Below, piece after piece: positions 1 to 12,711 of a DNA stretch of 64,000 bases (positions within the stretch are counted from its first letter, which is position 1; each line of letters opens with the position of its first letter). Both the position numbers and the translations under genes were made by a program. The stretch lies in assembly GCA_053919585.1 (NCBI GenBank), contig CM132813.1; one strand, written 5' to 3'. A model generated the notes under the pieces. It was not told the origin of the DNA. It ran no database searches and worked only from the letters and a program-made list of their open reading frames with translations. This stretch comes from Euprymna scolopes. Taxonomy: Eukaryota.

Positions 1-402
1 TCACCGTTTTTTCGGGGTTTTTTTAAGCCTTAATTTTTTGGATTCATCCAGCCTTGACAGACGTGTTTCAAATATTATCTCTAGTACTTTTCTTTTAATG
101 ATTTGGAATTCATTCCATTTGCACTTTTTTCCAAGGAACTCTGCCTTTTGGATGATTTTGGACCATTTGGAATTTACCCAGTGGATTGAAATTTTAAATT
201 CGACCCTTTTGGATTTTACCATTTTTGGATTTTTACCCTTCACCGGACTATCCATTCATGTGAAATCTTTTTATTATTTTTCTTTTGCCTCCTGTTCCCC
301 TTACCTCACCCTTTTTTTTAACCAAGTAAGATCTTTGACTTACTTGTAGTTTCATTAAATACTTTTATATGCAAAATCCGATCCTGCATTTTGCTAATTC
401 CT

Positions 403-453
403 GCCCTCTGATGAGAAGGAGAGTATTTCTTCGAAACTCCGTGGATTAAGGAC
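403..453 (+). ncRNA. Type I hammerhead ribozyme motif (slightly degenerate), probably Penelope-like-element associated
   Basis: gccct-CTGATGA-GAAGGA(gagtat)TTCTTC-GAAA-CTCCgtGGAT-TA-aggac: intact core, 6-bp stem II, single mismatches in stems I and III. Confidence 0.65.
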
Positions 454-692
454 TATCCACTTATCTTGTGCTTCCTTTTTTAAAATTAAATATGTTTCTA
501 ACTCTTTTTCAAGATGTCTTTTAACATATTTTATTAATCATTTGTTCATATTATAAGCTCTATTTCCTTTTCGGTTTTATTGAGCTTTTTATATCTGGCT
601 GAGTTTATTTTACTTGTAAATATTAACTCTTTAATATTTATAATATATTTTAAGTTTACCATTTTGATTACCTTAGTAAACTTATTGTAACT

Positions 693-734
<42 letters not shown>

Positions 735-1029
735 TAAAAGACGTCACGATATTGTAGTATTAAATTTACAACAGTTTATTCAAAATAAGGAATACGAGAT
801 AAATGTTAAAAAATTCCTATATGTACACACACGTACACACACACGCGCACACACACACAATCTGATTTGTATATACAAATAAAATTAGTGCCTCACGGCG
901 AATCTTATAACTTGTTAACATTTTCATTATTTTGCTGATTTCGGTGATAAATTTTAAAGAACTCAATAAAACAAGACTTAAATAATAAAAATAGCAAATA
1001 TGATTTAATATGTAAATTCAGTAAATTTT

Positions 1030-1480
1030 TACATTATGCCCAGCTCCACAAGTTTCTTTAAAATGACGTCTTTTGGATGGTTTTCGACTATACTGAATAC
1101 GAAAATCGCATTGGAATTTTGCAGAGGCAAGTAGTTATCAAGATATAAAAAAAAATCTGTATTATGCACTGTATTCTTTGGTGGCCATGTTTTTACGCGC
1201 ATGGTCGCGTGCCGTAAACAAATCTACTTCTTTACGACCGATACTGCCACCTAGTGGAAACAAAATACACTTTTCTGGGGCGCGCATTTTAGGAGGTAGG
1301 CACTCTCGTACAGATCCGCCAAAACTCCACTTTTCTAAAACTGACACTACCCCCCCCCTCCAAAGAATTGTTCACTTTTATCTTTATATCTCGATAACTA
1401 CTTGTCTCTGCAAAATTTCAATATGATTTTCGTATTCAGCATATTTGAAAACCTGTAAAGTCGTCATTTAAATAAAATGA
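1030..1480. mobile_element. Non-autonomous DNA transposon/MITE with ~100-bp inverted arms, copy 1 (approximate ends)
   Basis: Arms ...gaatacgaaaatcgcattggaattttgcagaggcaagtagttatc / gataactacttgtctctgcaaaatttcaatatgattttcgtattc; inverted sister copy at ~2760-3165; arm fragments at ~1525, 1965, 3585. Confidence 0.6.
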
Positions 1481-2759
1481 GAGAACATTCAAATTCAACA
1501 CTCGCCTTAAAAATTACTTTCATTGGTTTTCGAGTATGCTGAAAACGAATATCACGTGTAGATGATCGTTTCTCCATTCGTTGGGACCTGTCAGAGTAAT
1601 CACGAAATTCCGTTTTGAAATCCTCTCGATACCCTCAAAAAGGCCAAATTTGACTCGGGACTCTTCCTCACTTATATTTTCGTCGAACGATAAAGTTTCA
1701 TCGATTTTGACCTCAATACGTTGGCCTCCTGTTGGGTCTTAATTTTGTAACAAGTTGTTACAAACTTCCGAACAGAAAGATCGCCAGTTAACAGCAAAAC
1801 AGCTGAAAATGTCTAATTTTTCCGTGAACGTTTTGTGATTCCACAAGTGGCTCAAAAAAATGAACATGCGATGCGCGCGCCAATCACACTGAAGTGTGTT
1901 ATAAACAAATCTCTCTGCCACCAACAATCTATAAATTTATTTCAAATTGTGACTAAAGCGGTTTGCGACTATGCTGAAGACGAAAATCTTTAAATTTTAC
2001 AGAAACAAGTAATTTGTGAGATATAAAGACCTGTATTATAGAATTTCTGATGCTCGTGCACTGTAAACAAACCTGCTAGAAAAATTCACATACCAAACGA
2101 TTTTTCCGACTAAACAGTTACATCGTTTCATTCAAAATATCAACAACACTTTTTTTTACACATTTGTTTAGAAGAATTTCATTTTTTTTCTTCACTTTAT
2201 TATATTTTATTTAAAAAATCGCTGACAATTTTTGCACATTTTTATCATAAGAATTTCATTTTTTTTTCTTCACATATATTCCATTTAAATAAAACGCCGA
2301 CATTTCTGCACAGTTCTACGTTATAAAAATCCAATGTTGCTTTTTAATTCAAAAATTGTTTTATTAAAATAGTATTTTCTTACGCATTTTCTTGGTTTTC
2401 AAATATTTTTCTGTTCAAAAAAAAAATCTTGTTTGTTACTTATTTGCCGTGTTATTTGACCAATGTGACTTCATACCCAGAGTCCATAGAAAGTTTAAAT
2501 GTGATATTCGTTTTCAGCTTATCCGAAAACCAATAATAGTCGTAATTTTAAAGGTGAGTGTTGAGTTTGAATGTTCTCTCCTTTTATTTATTTATTTTCT
2601 TGCTGACCTGAAATATTATTTATTTAGTGACACACACTTAAGATGGAGAGAGTAACTATTCTGTACTTTCAGCTTACAGATATCGTAAAAATTGAATTTA
2701 ATTTAGTGGGGGCAGTTTTTATATTTTAAACTACTTGTCGCTGCAAAATTTAAATGACA

Positions 2760-3165
2760 TTTTCTTATCCAGCATAGTCGAAAGCTTATGAAGTCGTCAT
2801 TTAAAAGAAAATCGTCCAGGTGGACCAAATGTATAAAAAAAAAAAAAAAAAAAAACAATTTGGGAAGATAGGTCTCAGAAAAGCGGATTTTTTCCGCAAT
2901 GTGGAAGGAGGCAGTCTCAGAAAAATGCATTTTGTTTCCACTAAGTGGCAGTGTCGGTCGTAGAGATGTAGATTTGTTTATGGCGCACGCACGTAAAAAA
3001 CATGGCCGCCAAAGAATAAAATGCATAATACAGTTTTCTATATCTCGATAACTACTTGTCTCTGCAAAATTTCAATGCGATTTTCGTATGCAGCATATTC
3101 GAAAACCTACCCAGTAGTCATTTAAAAAAAAATTGTAGAGGTGGAGGTGGACCTAATGTAAAAAA
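2760..3165. mobile_element. Same MITE family, copy 2, inverted relative to copy 1 (approximate ends)
   Basis: 2915-3130 is close to the reverse complement of 1060-1280. Confidence 0.6.
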
Positions 3166-3936
3166 TGCTGTAAATTCCATAAATTTTATGGCGAAATATA
3201 GTATACATAACGACTAAAGAATGCAAGGGAGACAATCCTGATGCGTATTTTTGTACTTATGTTGCAAAGTTGTTTCCCTTGCATCGAGTCCTTTGACAAT
3301 TTCTTTTTTTTTTTTTTTTTTAGTTAATTTTTCATGCGCAAATCAAGACTAAAATGTTTTAGCAATTGTACAGTATAGTTAACATGTGAAAAATAAATAG
3401 ACAAATGAATCAAACGAGAGAAAATTTAATATTCGAATTGTTGACTGAGAAAAGTTTAAGTTTTCCTACATCACTTAACCGAAAAAGTAACGGACGCGTT
3501 TCTATCGTCATTGATTTGATGTAATTTTTTTTTTTTTTTTTTTTTTACCTTCACACTCACTTTAAAGATGACTATTACACTAGGTTTTCGGGTATGCTGA
3601 AATATCACATTTAAGTTTTGCACAGACAAGTAGTTTTCTGAATATTCGGAACTTAATTATCCGAGGTAATTCATTAAGTTTTAGGTACGGTCATAATAAA
3701 GGCAGATTTTCGACCACCACCATAGCAAATAATAAAAGTAAAAACTTGTAAAATAAAATCGATTCATCGTAATATTTTTTGCTGTATGCTCAAGAAAAAA
3801 GATTATAAAAATCTTTTCTTTTCCTAGGTGGGGGGGGCGCTTATGTCAACGGATCATTAAATCTAAGGGAGATAACCAGCATAAACATAACAAAAAAAAA
3901 AACAACAAAAAAAGCCACACACACCAAACTTCTTAC

Positions 3937-4200
3937 CTTTTCGGATTAATAAATGCTCCATCGAACGAACTGCATACAACATCGGAGTCAATGCGTGTAC
4001 ATCAACCAAAATAAAAACTTGCTTAAATTATTTATTTTAAAAACGTTAAAGTTTTTTCATTTTAGAATTTCCGAGTTGTCAATTTGGTCTCATTTCGTTT
4101 TCCGGTACGCTCGATCTGACTTTTTGATCACCCGTCTCGTCTTCAGAACGTCGGCCATATTACATATTCATCGTTAGTTATTTAGACGAGACATACACAT
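3937..4200 (-). other. Possible first exon/promoter region of a neighbouring minus-strand gene
   Basis: Locally CpG-rich unique-looking sequence ending in a strong donor AAG|GTAAGA (3937/3936); product not recognised. Confidence 0.25.
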
Positions 4201-4585
4201 TTCAATCATGATTATCTATAGTTCAGATGGGTGCAGTAAATAAACTTCTAACTCGAAATGACCCCTAATGTACTAATGTATAACGTAAGACACAGAAAAG
4301 AAACATTTATAATGCGTACACAGCTTTATTTTCTCATAGAACCACAATACGCTCTGAAGGAATTTTACACATGTTTTGCAAGATATAATTTGGAACGCTG
4401 AAATAATCAGTAGAACAATGAAAGAATGTTAAATGAAAAAAAAATGATTACACGATTACTGTAGCTGATTTCCAGAAATTGCTGAAGCAGTTTACGAAAA
4501 AGGAAACAAGTTAGCGAAGTTAATCAACAAACTTAAAAATATAACCATGTTAACAAAATAAACTTATTAATTAACGTATTACACA

Positions 4586-4779
4586 ATCGTACTTGGCCTT
4601 CGGGACAAGATCACAGTGTAGTATGTGTTCTTCGGATGCTGCACTTCAATTTCTTGTTCTCTGTCAGTGGACGAGAAATCCTTCACGACTGAGACACTTT
4701 TTGTTTTTGTTCCTTTTCTCTACGTTAAAAAACGACCTTGGTGTCTAACTCAGTCCCGTGGGGAGGCGTTGTAAATAGG
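4586..4779 (+). mobile_element. U2 snRNA-headed retroposon (SINE-like), full-length copy
   Basis: Begins ATCGtacttGGCCTTcgGGacAAGATCAcAGTGTAGTATgTGTTCTT (U2 5' end); flanked by 13-bp direct repeat aacgtattacaca (4573-4585, 4780-4792). Confidence 0.85.
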
Positions 4780-5223
4780 AACGTATTACACAAAACAAAA
4801 GTAAACAAGCTCTTACAATGAAACGATGTTAATGTTAATTAATTAAAAAAAAATTAAATAAACTCACTTAATCAAGAAGTTGTTGTCCAATTAACCAAAG
4901 AAAAATGCTTCCCTTATTTAAGAGAAAAAACAAAACAAAAAACAAACCGAACACTTTATCTTGTGCAGAATCTTTGAACGTTGTAATTTTTTTTTTGTTT
5001 TCAATACATTTGTACATAATAGTAGAAAAAAAAAGAAACTTTAATCAAAGACAGAAATGACTGATTACCTAAAATAAGGAAAAACAATTTTTTTTTTTTT
5101 TTTTTTTTTTACTTTCATTTAAAAAAATGACATCGATGGTTTAAATACGTCAAAATCTCCTTCAAAAGCGTTTTCTATTTCCGTTGTTTTGTGTACGTTA
5201 ATTATTATGCGCCTCAAATCATA

Positions 5224-6353
5224 CAGTAGCGTCCAAAAGTTAAGGAACGGTCGATCATTTTCTTCTAAAATGGCTTCTAACTTTATCTATGAAAAAGGGG
5301 AAACATTTTTTGGTGAATTTTCCAATGTTTAATAATGTTAGTAAAATATTTTTTTATTTATTTTTTTTTTTAATACATTTTAGTTTTTTTACATATAAAC
5401 AAATTTAAGGTGTCCAAAAGTTAAGGGACGGGGAAAATTATTAATGAAAAAAACAAAGAATCCTTTCAGTATTTAGTGAAAAGCCCCTTGTTTTCAATCA
5501 CCTTATGGCATCTTTTGCTGCAAGACAGAACTAATCGTTTACATGTTATAACGGAGATATTATTCCAGGATTTACTTATGCATTCCCATAAATCATCAAG
5601 ATTTGGGGGGGGGGGCGTCTGTGATCTTATCACCAATAATTTTCCAAACATTTTCAATTGGCTTAAGGTCGGATCTCTGAGCTGGCCAATCCATAACGCA
5701 AATATTGGATCTATTTAGCTCTTCTAAAACTATTTTTGCTTTATGGCACGGTGCGTTATCTTGCATAAAGATATCAGAATCAGAAAAATTAGGAACCACA
5801 TGTTCTCTAATCAATTCTCTGTACATTCGGGCATTTACTTTTCCATGAATCCTCACAAAGGGGCCAGTTCCTTTTGAATATATCATGCCCCATACCATTA
5901 TACTGCCCCCTTCAAATTTTACTGTACTTTTAACGCACTTAGGGGACAGTCTTTCTCCATTTTTTGTTCTGACATGTGGTCTTTTGTCTGATGCGAAAAG
6001 AGTGAATTTAGATTCATCACTAAAATTAATCTTATCCCACCCCCACCCCAAACAAATGTTTTTCAGCGAATAACAATCTGGCTTTTTTATTTTTAATAGA
6101 CATTAAAGGCTTTGAGCATGGACGTCTTGAAAATAATCAAACTTCGTTTAATCTTTGTGAGATCGTTTGTCTGGAAATATTTTGTCCAGTTTCGGATGTA
6201 AAATCTCGGGATATCGAAGCTGCAGTTTTAAAGCGATCAGAACGAGATGATCGAGTGATTTTTCTATCCTCCCTCTTAGTTGTTATTCGGGGTCGGCCAG
6301 ATTTTTTTCTTTTCAGTCAATGGTAAACCTTTTTTTATATATTTTCAATAACT

Positions 6354-6391
<38 letters not shown>

Positions 6392-6803
6392 AACGCTTTT
6401 AGACCTTTTCAATATTTTAGCAATCACCCCTATGGTTTATTTTAGTTTATTTTTTATTTTTTTTTTTTCATCATAATGGTCACAAATAAGCTGTTTTTCT
6501 TGGAGATATAGATTTTTCGAATATTCGGAGTCGACATTTTGTTAAGTTGTTATTAAAATTGCTAAAGTTTGTATTAATTTTCCCCGTTCCTTAACTTTTG
6601 GACGCCTGTAATTTAATTAAAATTATTTATATGTAAAAAAAAACTAATATGTATTCAAAATAAAAAAAATTATTTTTTATTTAACTACCATTATTAAACA
6701 TTGGAAATTTCACCAAAAAAATTGTTTTCCCGTTTTCATAGATAAAGTTAGAAGCCATTTAAAAGAAAATGATCGACCGTTCCTTAACTTTTGGACGCTA
6801 CTG
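5224..6803 (-). mobile_element. Tc1-family DNA transposon, IR/DR type, DD34E transposase disrupted
   Basis: TA|CAGTAGCGTCCAAAAGTTAAGGAACGG...CCGTTCCTTAACTTTTGGACGCTACTG|TA; ~210-bp TIRs each with an inner copy of the 20-mer; SDESKF, QDNAPCH and PIEN with 34-aa D-E spacing; frameshifts at a poly-G run (~5605) and poly-A/T expansions in the 5' half. Confidence 0.93.
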
Positions 6804-7403
6804 TACATTGAAAAATGAAACTACAGAATAGTAAAACAAAAAATATAAATAAAAACGTCATTCATAGCCAGAAACTGACAGTTTTAATACTTCAAAAAAG
6901 TTTTTATCATCTTGACACTGACTTATTATTATAAGGAAAAACAATTTTTTTTGTCTCATTTAACATTTCAGCGTCCCAAATTATATCTGCAAAATATACT
7001 TAGTTTTGCTATATTTATGCTGGTTATCTCCCTTAGATTTAATTATTCGCTGATAAGCGCCCCTTTTTTTTTTTATTTACTCTCCGTAAAAATCAGTGAA
7101 TTTTCAAAACACTTCCCACAAAGCTAAAAACGAGGGAAAAAATGAAACCGATTGTTATTTCTACGTATTTTAATATAAACAATGAAAACAGCACGATTTT
7201 TTAAAATTATCTCAAAATAAAATAATTGATCAATTTCGTTAATTTTTTTTACAGGCTTATTTTAAAATAAGCTGGACTATATATAAACTGAAATAAAAGA
7301 AGATACAAAAAAAAATTAAATGTTGATTACATTTGATTATCGTGAAAAAAAATGATTTCTCTCTTTTTTAAAATTTCGAGTTAGAATGCGTGCTAAAATC
7401 CTT

Positions 7404-8327
7404 GGTGTTTCTACACTTTATTGCCGAAATTGGAGATGCCATTTTTTTTTCAGGCACTTGCTGTCTAAATCCAGGGGAGACTCATTATATTGCCGAACGA
7501 TTGCTTCCGGAAAGGGAAAGAATAAATTTAACAAAATTAACATTTATTACTTCCGGAAACGTTAAATTAAACTAAAATTATCATTTATTACTTCCAGAAA
7601 CTTGGTAAAATGAATCTTGACAATTCAAAATGTTTAAAATTATTTATTTGTTCGAAAAAAAAAAAAAAAAAAAAACTATTTTATGAAAATCCAATGTTGC
7701 TTTCATTTCAAAATTGTTTTCTTAAAATTATATTTTTTCACGCAAACTTTTCAATGTTTTTACAATTATATTTCGATTCCAGTAAAAAAATAAAAAATAA
7801 AAAACAACCCACTTCCCCGTTAAAAAAATCATTTAAATTAATTTGTTGTTGTCCTTTCAAATTTGCTTTAATTAAAAAAAAAAAAAATGTATAAAATTAT
7901 TTATTGGTTCGAAAAAAAAAAAAAAAGAAAAAAGAAACACACACACAAACGAAAAAATAAACAAAAAAAAACTAATAAATGTTTTGCTTTTCAAATGGCG
8001 CTCTCGGCCAGTTTAAACTATTATGAATATGCCATTTCATTTTCTGTTTTTAATAATAAAAAAAAATGTTCTATGGAAAACTTTCCCGTTCTCATTAATT
8101 AAATTGAAACATTTCCAATTAAACAATTACAGATATATGCTCTCTTTCACTTTATTTACCTTTTTTTCATAGTTCTTTCCGGAAGTTTAATTTTTTTGTT
8201 ATTTATTTCATGCTTCGGCCATAGTTTGATATAATGATGTCTCCCCTGGATTTGGAAAGCAAGTGCGTCAAAAAAAAAAAAAAAAAAAATGGCGTCTCCA
8301 ATTTCGGCATTAAAGTGTAGAAGCACC
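7404..8327. mobile_element. Non-autonomous Merlin-like DNA transposon (MITE)
   Basis: TIRs GGTGTTTCTACACTTTATTGCCGAAATTGGAGA / TCTCCAATTTCGGCATTAAAGTGTAGAAGCACC extending ~90 bp; perfect 8-bp TSD aaatcctt; no ORF. Confidence 0.75.
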
Positions 8328-8887
8328 AAATCCTTAACTAATTAATATTACAAATCAAAAATTAAAAATGTAAACAAAAATAATAATGAATACATTAATT
8401 TCCATATTATCGTTACGCAGAGTGAGGGATCGATCTAGAATATTCCCTTCCACATTCCAAGGTTGCTTTACCTTCTCCATGGATAACTTGCATATTTTAT
8501 TATTATTATTGATTTATTTATTTATTGCATTATTTGTGATTATATTTTCAGTCTCAGCCTTGAAGACTAAAAAAAAAAAAAATATTTCGACACCAATTAT
8601 TTTTTTTAACGAAATCCAATGTCTGAAAGTAACGACAAATTTTGAAATAAAGTTACGCATGGTTTCCAAAATTTGAAAACCAACGGGTCAATAGAATATT
8701 ACATTTTCTGTCGTTTGGTAACAGGTTTTTTTATTTTATTTTTTGTCGATTTGCTTTTTATTTTTCTTGGGGGGGGGTCTATATTTTCTTGTTAACTACA
8801 AACTGCACGCTCAAAGAGTTTTCTTTAATTCGTTGCCAATTTGTTTAATGTTTTTAACCCAAAGTCAAATATAACAGACATGTAGAT

Positions 8888-9095
8888 AGAAGATTTACTG
8901 GCCTTCCCACAAGGGCAGTATTAGACACAAGGTTGGTTTTTAATATGGGGCAAAATTTACCTCCCCAACAAAGGCTTCTTACTCTTTATCAAGACAAAAA
9001 TAAAAAATTGTTTCAGTCTAGGATTTCTCCTTCACTGACCGAAGAAAAGAAAAGATTATGAAGTATAATATCAGAACATATATTACACAATTGCA
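8888..9095 (-). mobile_element. U2-headed retroposon, diverged copy
   Basis: Reverse complement reads tgtgtaatatatgttct...gtcagtgaaggagaaatcc...aattttttatttttgtc...accttgtgtctaatactgcccttgtgggaaggccagtaaat. Confidence 0.75.
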
Positions 9096-9267
9096 ATTTA
9101 AAAAGTCAGACACAAGGCCATCAAACGTATGGGAGTGTCGGTGATCATCATTTGACTATCCTTCTCTTGGTTTCAATCACCACAATACCACATTTACTCT
9201 ACAGGCCATCCTATTTACAATATCCCAATCACATTGAATTTGTATTTGCCAAAAATGTAAAGGTGAC

Positions 9268-9420
9268 TTTTTTTCTTTTTTTTTTTTTACATAGGCATCA
9301 CCACTTATCAAGGCCCAAAGGCCATTTGAGGATAAGGGTTAAAGTAGTTAATTGGACAATGTAGTAATCATTAGTAATGGAAATTTGGTAAATTTGTTAA
9401 CTAGTGGAACGGCTCATCAA
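9268..9420 (-). mobile_element. 3' tail fragment of the CR1/L2-group LINE family
   Basis: Matches 30807-30960, including poly(A) tail. Confidence 0.8.
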
Positions 9421-9760
9421 AATCCATTCTTTCACTGTGACCAAACAAATGAAGTCTCCTGTTTTGCACACAACACCCGATATAAACAGAATCAAATACC
9501 AACAGGTCATATGTGATGCTATTTGGGTTTAAGTTCTAAAAACTTTAACATCATGTTTAAATTAGGCACAAGACCATTAGAAGTGTAGGTCGTTTGTCAT
9601 CCTTTGTCTATGATAAACTATTTGAATATCTACTCTTAGAACCATTGCAAGCATCACAATACCACATTTACTTTAAAGAGTCATCTTACTTAACAACAAC
9701 CCCAATAACAAATAATGCACTCTGATTCTAGCTGTAGACAAAAGAAATTTGGATTCATAT

Positions 9761-10237
9761 TTGGATTCTTCGAACTACTGTTTTCATCTTGAGTGTTATT
9801 TTCACAAATGTCAATGTAATTGCCGACCTTCTACAGATGTGTCTTGTTGAACTCGAGAATCTGCACGGAATTTTGAATGCAGTCTTCATTTAATCCACGA
9901 GGGTAGCATGCTCTCGTTCCATCATCCATGACAGGGTAAAAGTTCTAAATAATTTGCGATTGTGTTTCAAGTGTTTCCCACACTGAGTATTAAACCCTCA
10001 ACCTCTAAAAGAGAATAACTTACAATTGAATTTTACCAAGTACTTTATCCACAAGTAAAAGGTTCATTTTGAAATTCCATGCAGATTGCCCGAGATCAAG
10101 AGAAAGTTTCCTCAAGTTCAACAAAGATACACCTGAAAAAGGTTGGAGGTTACATCGACCGAAACGTTGCGAAAATAACACTCAAGATGAGAACAGTAGT
10201 CTTCAGAATCCAAATAAACAATTCTCATCTCAAAAAT
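9761..10237. mobile_element. Inverted pair of tRNA-headed, hammerhead-bearing repeat (retrozyme/Penelope pLTR-like)
   Basis: 9761-9880 is inverted relative to 10070-10215; acac-CTGAAAAA-GGTTG..CGACC-GAAACGTT at ~10128-10168; tRNA-like head on minus strand ~9980-10052. Confidence 0.7.
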
Positions 10238-10649
10238 GTAAAATTTTTTCTTAATTCTTGTAAAAACCGACTTAAGCAAAATTAATCAGCGATGGCAAAA
10301 TTGATTTGCATACAGATCAAACAAATAAAGGCAATATTGCAACGTATGCTCCCCATCTTAACATTAACCTATAAATCATTTTAAACAATCACAGGGTAAA
10401 CTTGAACAAACTTGAAATAAAATAAATAGTTCTTACGCAGATAACTTTTTGGAACCCCATTTCTTAACAAGTGGAGGAGAGGGTGTTTTTCTAACTAATC
10501 TATACTTTCATCTAACAATTTAATAAACAATACAAAAATGTTTTGCGCCAGAAACATTGAAAATGAACAACTGAAGTTTTTTTTTCTCTCAATGTGTTTG
10601 ACTGAAAAAGGGGTTGAGTAAATCACCTCAAATGGACCTATGTGATCAG

Positions 10650-10952
10650 TGCCAAACGAAGAATTCAACAGAATCGCAAAGAAATAACAATTGTATAACT
10701 CTATAGCCTTTAACCCTCTTTTTGTTTAGGCACATTTTTATCACTTCCTCGCATGTTTTGTTTGGCTTTTTCTGTGAAATGAATCCGAGACCATAACTGT
10801 TGTACATCTAGCGCAAGAACTCTCATCCATTCTTTCACTGTGACCAAACAAATGAAGTCTCCTGTTCTGCACATAACACCCGATATAAACAGAATCAAAT
10901 ACCAACATGTCATATGTGATGCTATTTGGGTCCAAGTTCTAAAAACTTTAAC
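10650..10952 (-). mobile_element. Degenerate RTE-type LINE 3' coding fragment
   Basis: RRLHLFGHSERMDE resembles the RRLRWFGHV.RM motif of RTE ORF C-termini. Confidence 0.6.
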
Positions 10953-11524
10953 AGTATAACATGCATATAAAATAAGAAACTAAGCTATACATGTACTAAT
11001 CAAGGATGTAATTAGACAATGACAAAAAAGTTGAAATCTAGGCGATTTTCCCAACCCAAGCACCAGGACCCCCTTCTCACCAATGTGCGTGTGTGTGGAA
11101 AGAGAGAGCAGCAGCACAAAATAAAAACAACTTTTTTCGTAAACAACTCCAATCAGTTTCAAGTAAAGAATATCTAAATTAAGGGAGAGATACCTAGTCC
11201 ATATGCGGGGAGAGGGACAGGAAGTCGTTCTTTGCTGAAACAACAGTCATCTAACAACACTACCCTCTTCATGAAGTCTAAACCTTCATGGCAAAATGAA
11301 GATTCTCAATCTGAAATAAGATTGAAGTTCAGCTTTTTCTTAAAATCAAAAATAAAAAAAGCAGATTTTGATCAAAATGTTGAGAACTCACATTTATTGG
11401 ATATGATTAAAGCAAATACTTCTCTTTTTTTTTTGATAAAAAAACGCGAAAATTCGTTAAAAATCAGATGTATTTATAGCAGAAAAAAAATTAGAAATTG
11501 CACACAAAACAAATAGATAACATG

Positions 11525-11800
11525 TTTGAAGAAAAAGGAGAAAAGAGGAAAAAGAAAAAGGAGAAAAGAGAGAAAAGAGAAAAAGAGAAAGAAAAGAGAG
11601 AAAGAGAAAGAAAAGAGAGAAAGAGAAAGAAAAGCGAGAAAGAGAAAGAAAGAAAAGAGAAAAAGAAAACGTGAAACAGGAAAAACAAAACGGGAAAAAG
11701 AAAAGAAAAGAAAAAAAGAAAGAAGAAAGAAAAAGATGAAGAACAATAGAAGATCCGAATAAACAACAACAAAAAAAAAAAGCAAAAAAGGAAAAAAACA
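11525..11800. repeat. GA-rich low-complexity tract
   Basis: Irregular (GAAA/GAGAAA)n; source of spurious F/S- and K/R/E-rich ORFs. Confidence 0.9.
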
Positions 11801-12499
11801 CGTTTTAGGAGGTTTTAAACATTTTTATTTTAGTTTTGTTTTCTTTTTATTAAAATTTGTTAAATTTGTTATCATTAATTAATTTATTTTTTCCTAAAAA
11901 AAAAAAAAATCAATTCTTTTACAGAAACTTTTTTTTTTTTAATTAAAAGTAAAAAGTTTTGCTTATTTTTTCATTCATTCAAATTTGGTTTATTTCATAA
12001 AAAAGAAAAAAAAGAACAAAATGTTACAAAAAAAAATACAAAAAAAAACGAGGGATGGTATATGAAGGGGTGGGTGAAGAGAGAGACGTTAATTCGATGC
12101 GAATCTGTCGTCATATCTTTTGGGAGATAGACAAGAGTAGATGTGTGCAAGAGGGCGCAAGTTGTCTCTCCTTAGCACTTCCACAATGCAAAGACCCTTA
12201 GATCAGACAGATTGAGAGAAACAGACAATGTGATATTCTAGTAAAAACCAAAAATGAGGCGGGATGGAGGGGGGGGGGGGCATCGTAATGCTTTATTTTA
12301 ATCATTCCGATGAACGAAGGGTTGGTTTGCGGTTAGTCTGAATATTAGGTTATTATTAGAGAGCGAAAAGAAATGGAACTGAAATGTTGCCTTTAACCAA
12401 AAATAAAAGACTTGAAATAAAGATGTTTAGAAATCGATGATGAAAAATAGGAAAAATAAAAAAAGGAAAAAAAAACGGGGGGGGGGTAAAAATTAGTCT

Positions 12500-12663
12500 C
12501 TATTTGTCTTCCCACGAGGGTAAAAATACAAACAACATTTTTTAAATTTTTTTTTTATTATGGTATACCCAACCCCTCTCCCTAAAAAGAGGAACATTCC
12601 AGATCAGGACAAAGATAAAATTGCCTAAGATGATTGCTTTTTCTCTCACCGACGCTACACTTT
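12500..12663 (-). mobile_element. U2-headed retroposon, diverged copy (head-to-head with next)
   Basis: Reverse complement reads aaagtgtagcgtcggtgag...caattttatctttgtcc...ccctcgtgggaagacaaata. Confidence 0.55.
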
Positions 12664-12711
12664 ATACTATTCAGAATACCAGAAAAAAAAAAATCTAGAT
12701 TTTTAATCTAT

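Noticed and set aside
4586-4779. Canonical U2 snRNA genes
   Set aside because: Only ~45 nt match U2 well; stem IIa and loop IV are not canonical; flanks share no promoter; TSDs indicate retroposition.
11457-11801. F/S/L-rich and K/R/E-rich ORFs
   Set aside because: Translations of a GA-rich low-complexity tract.
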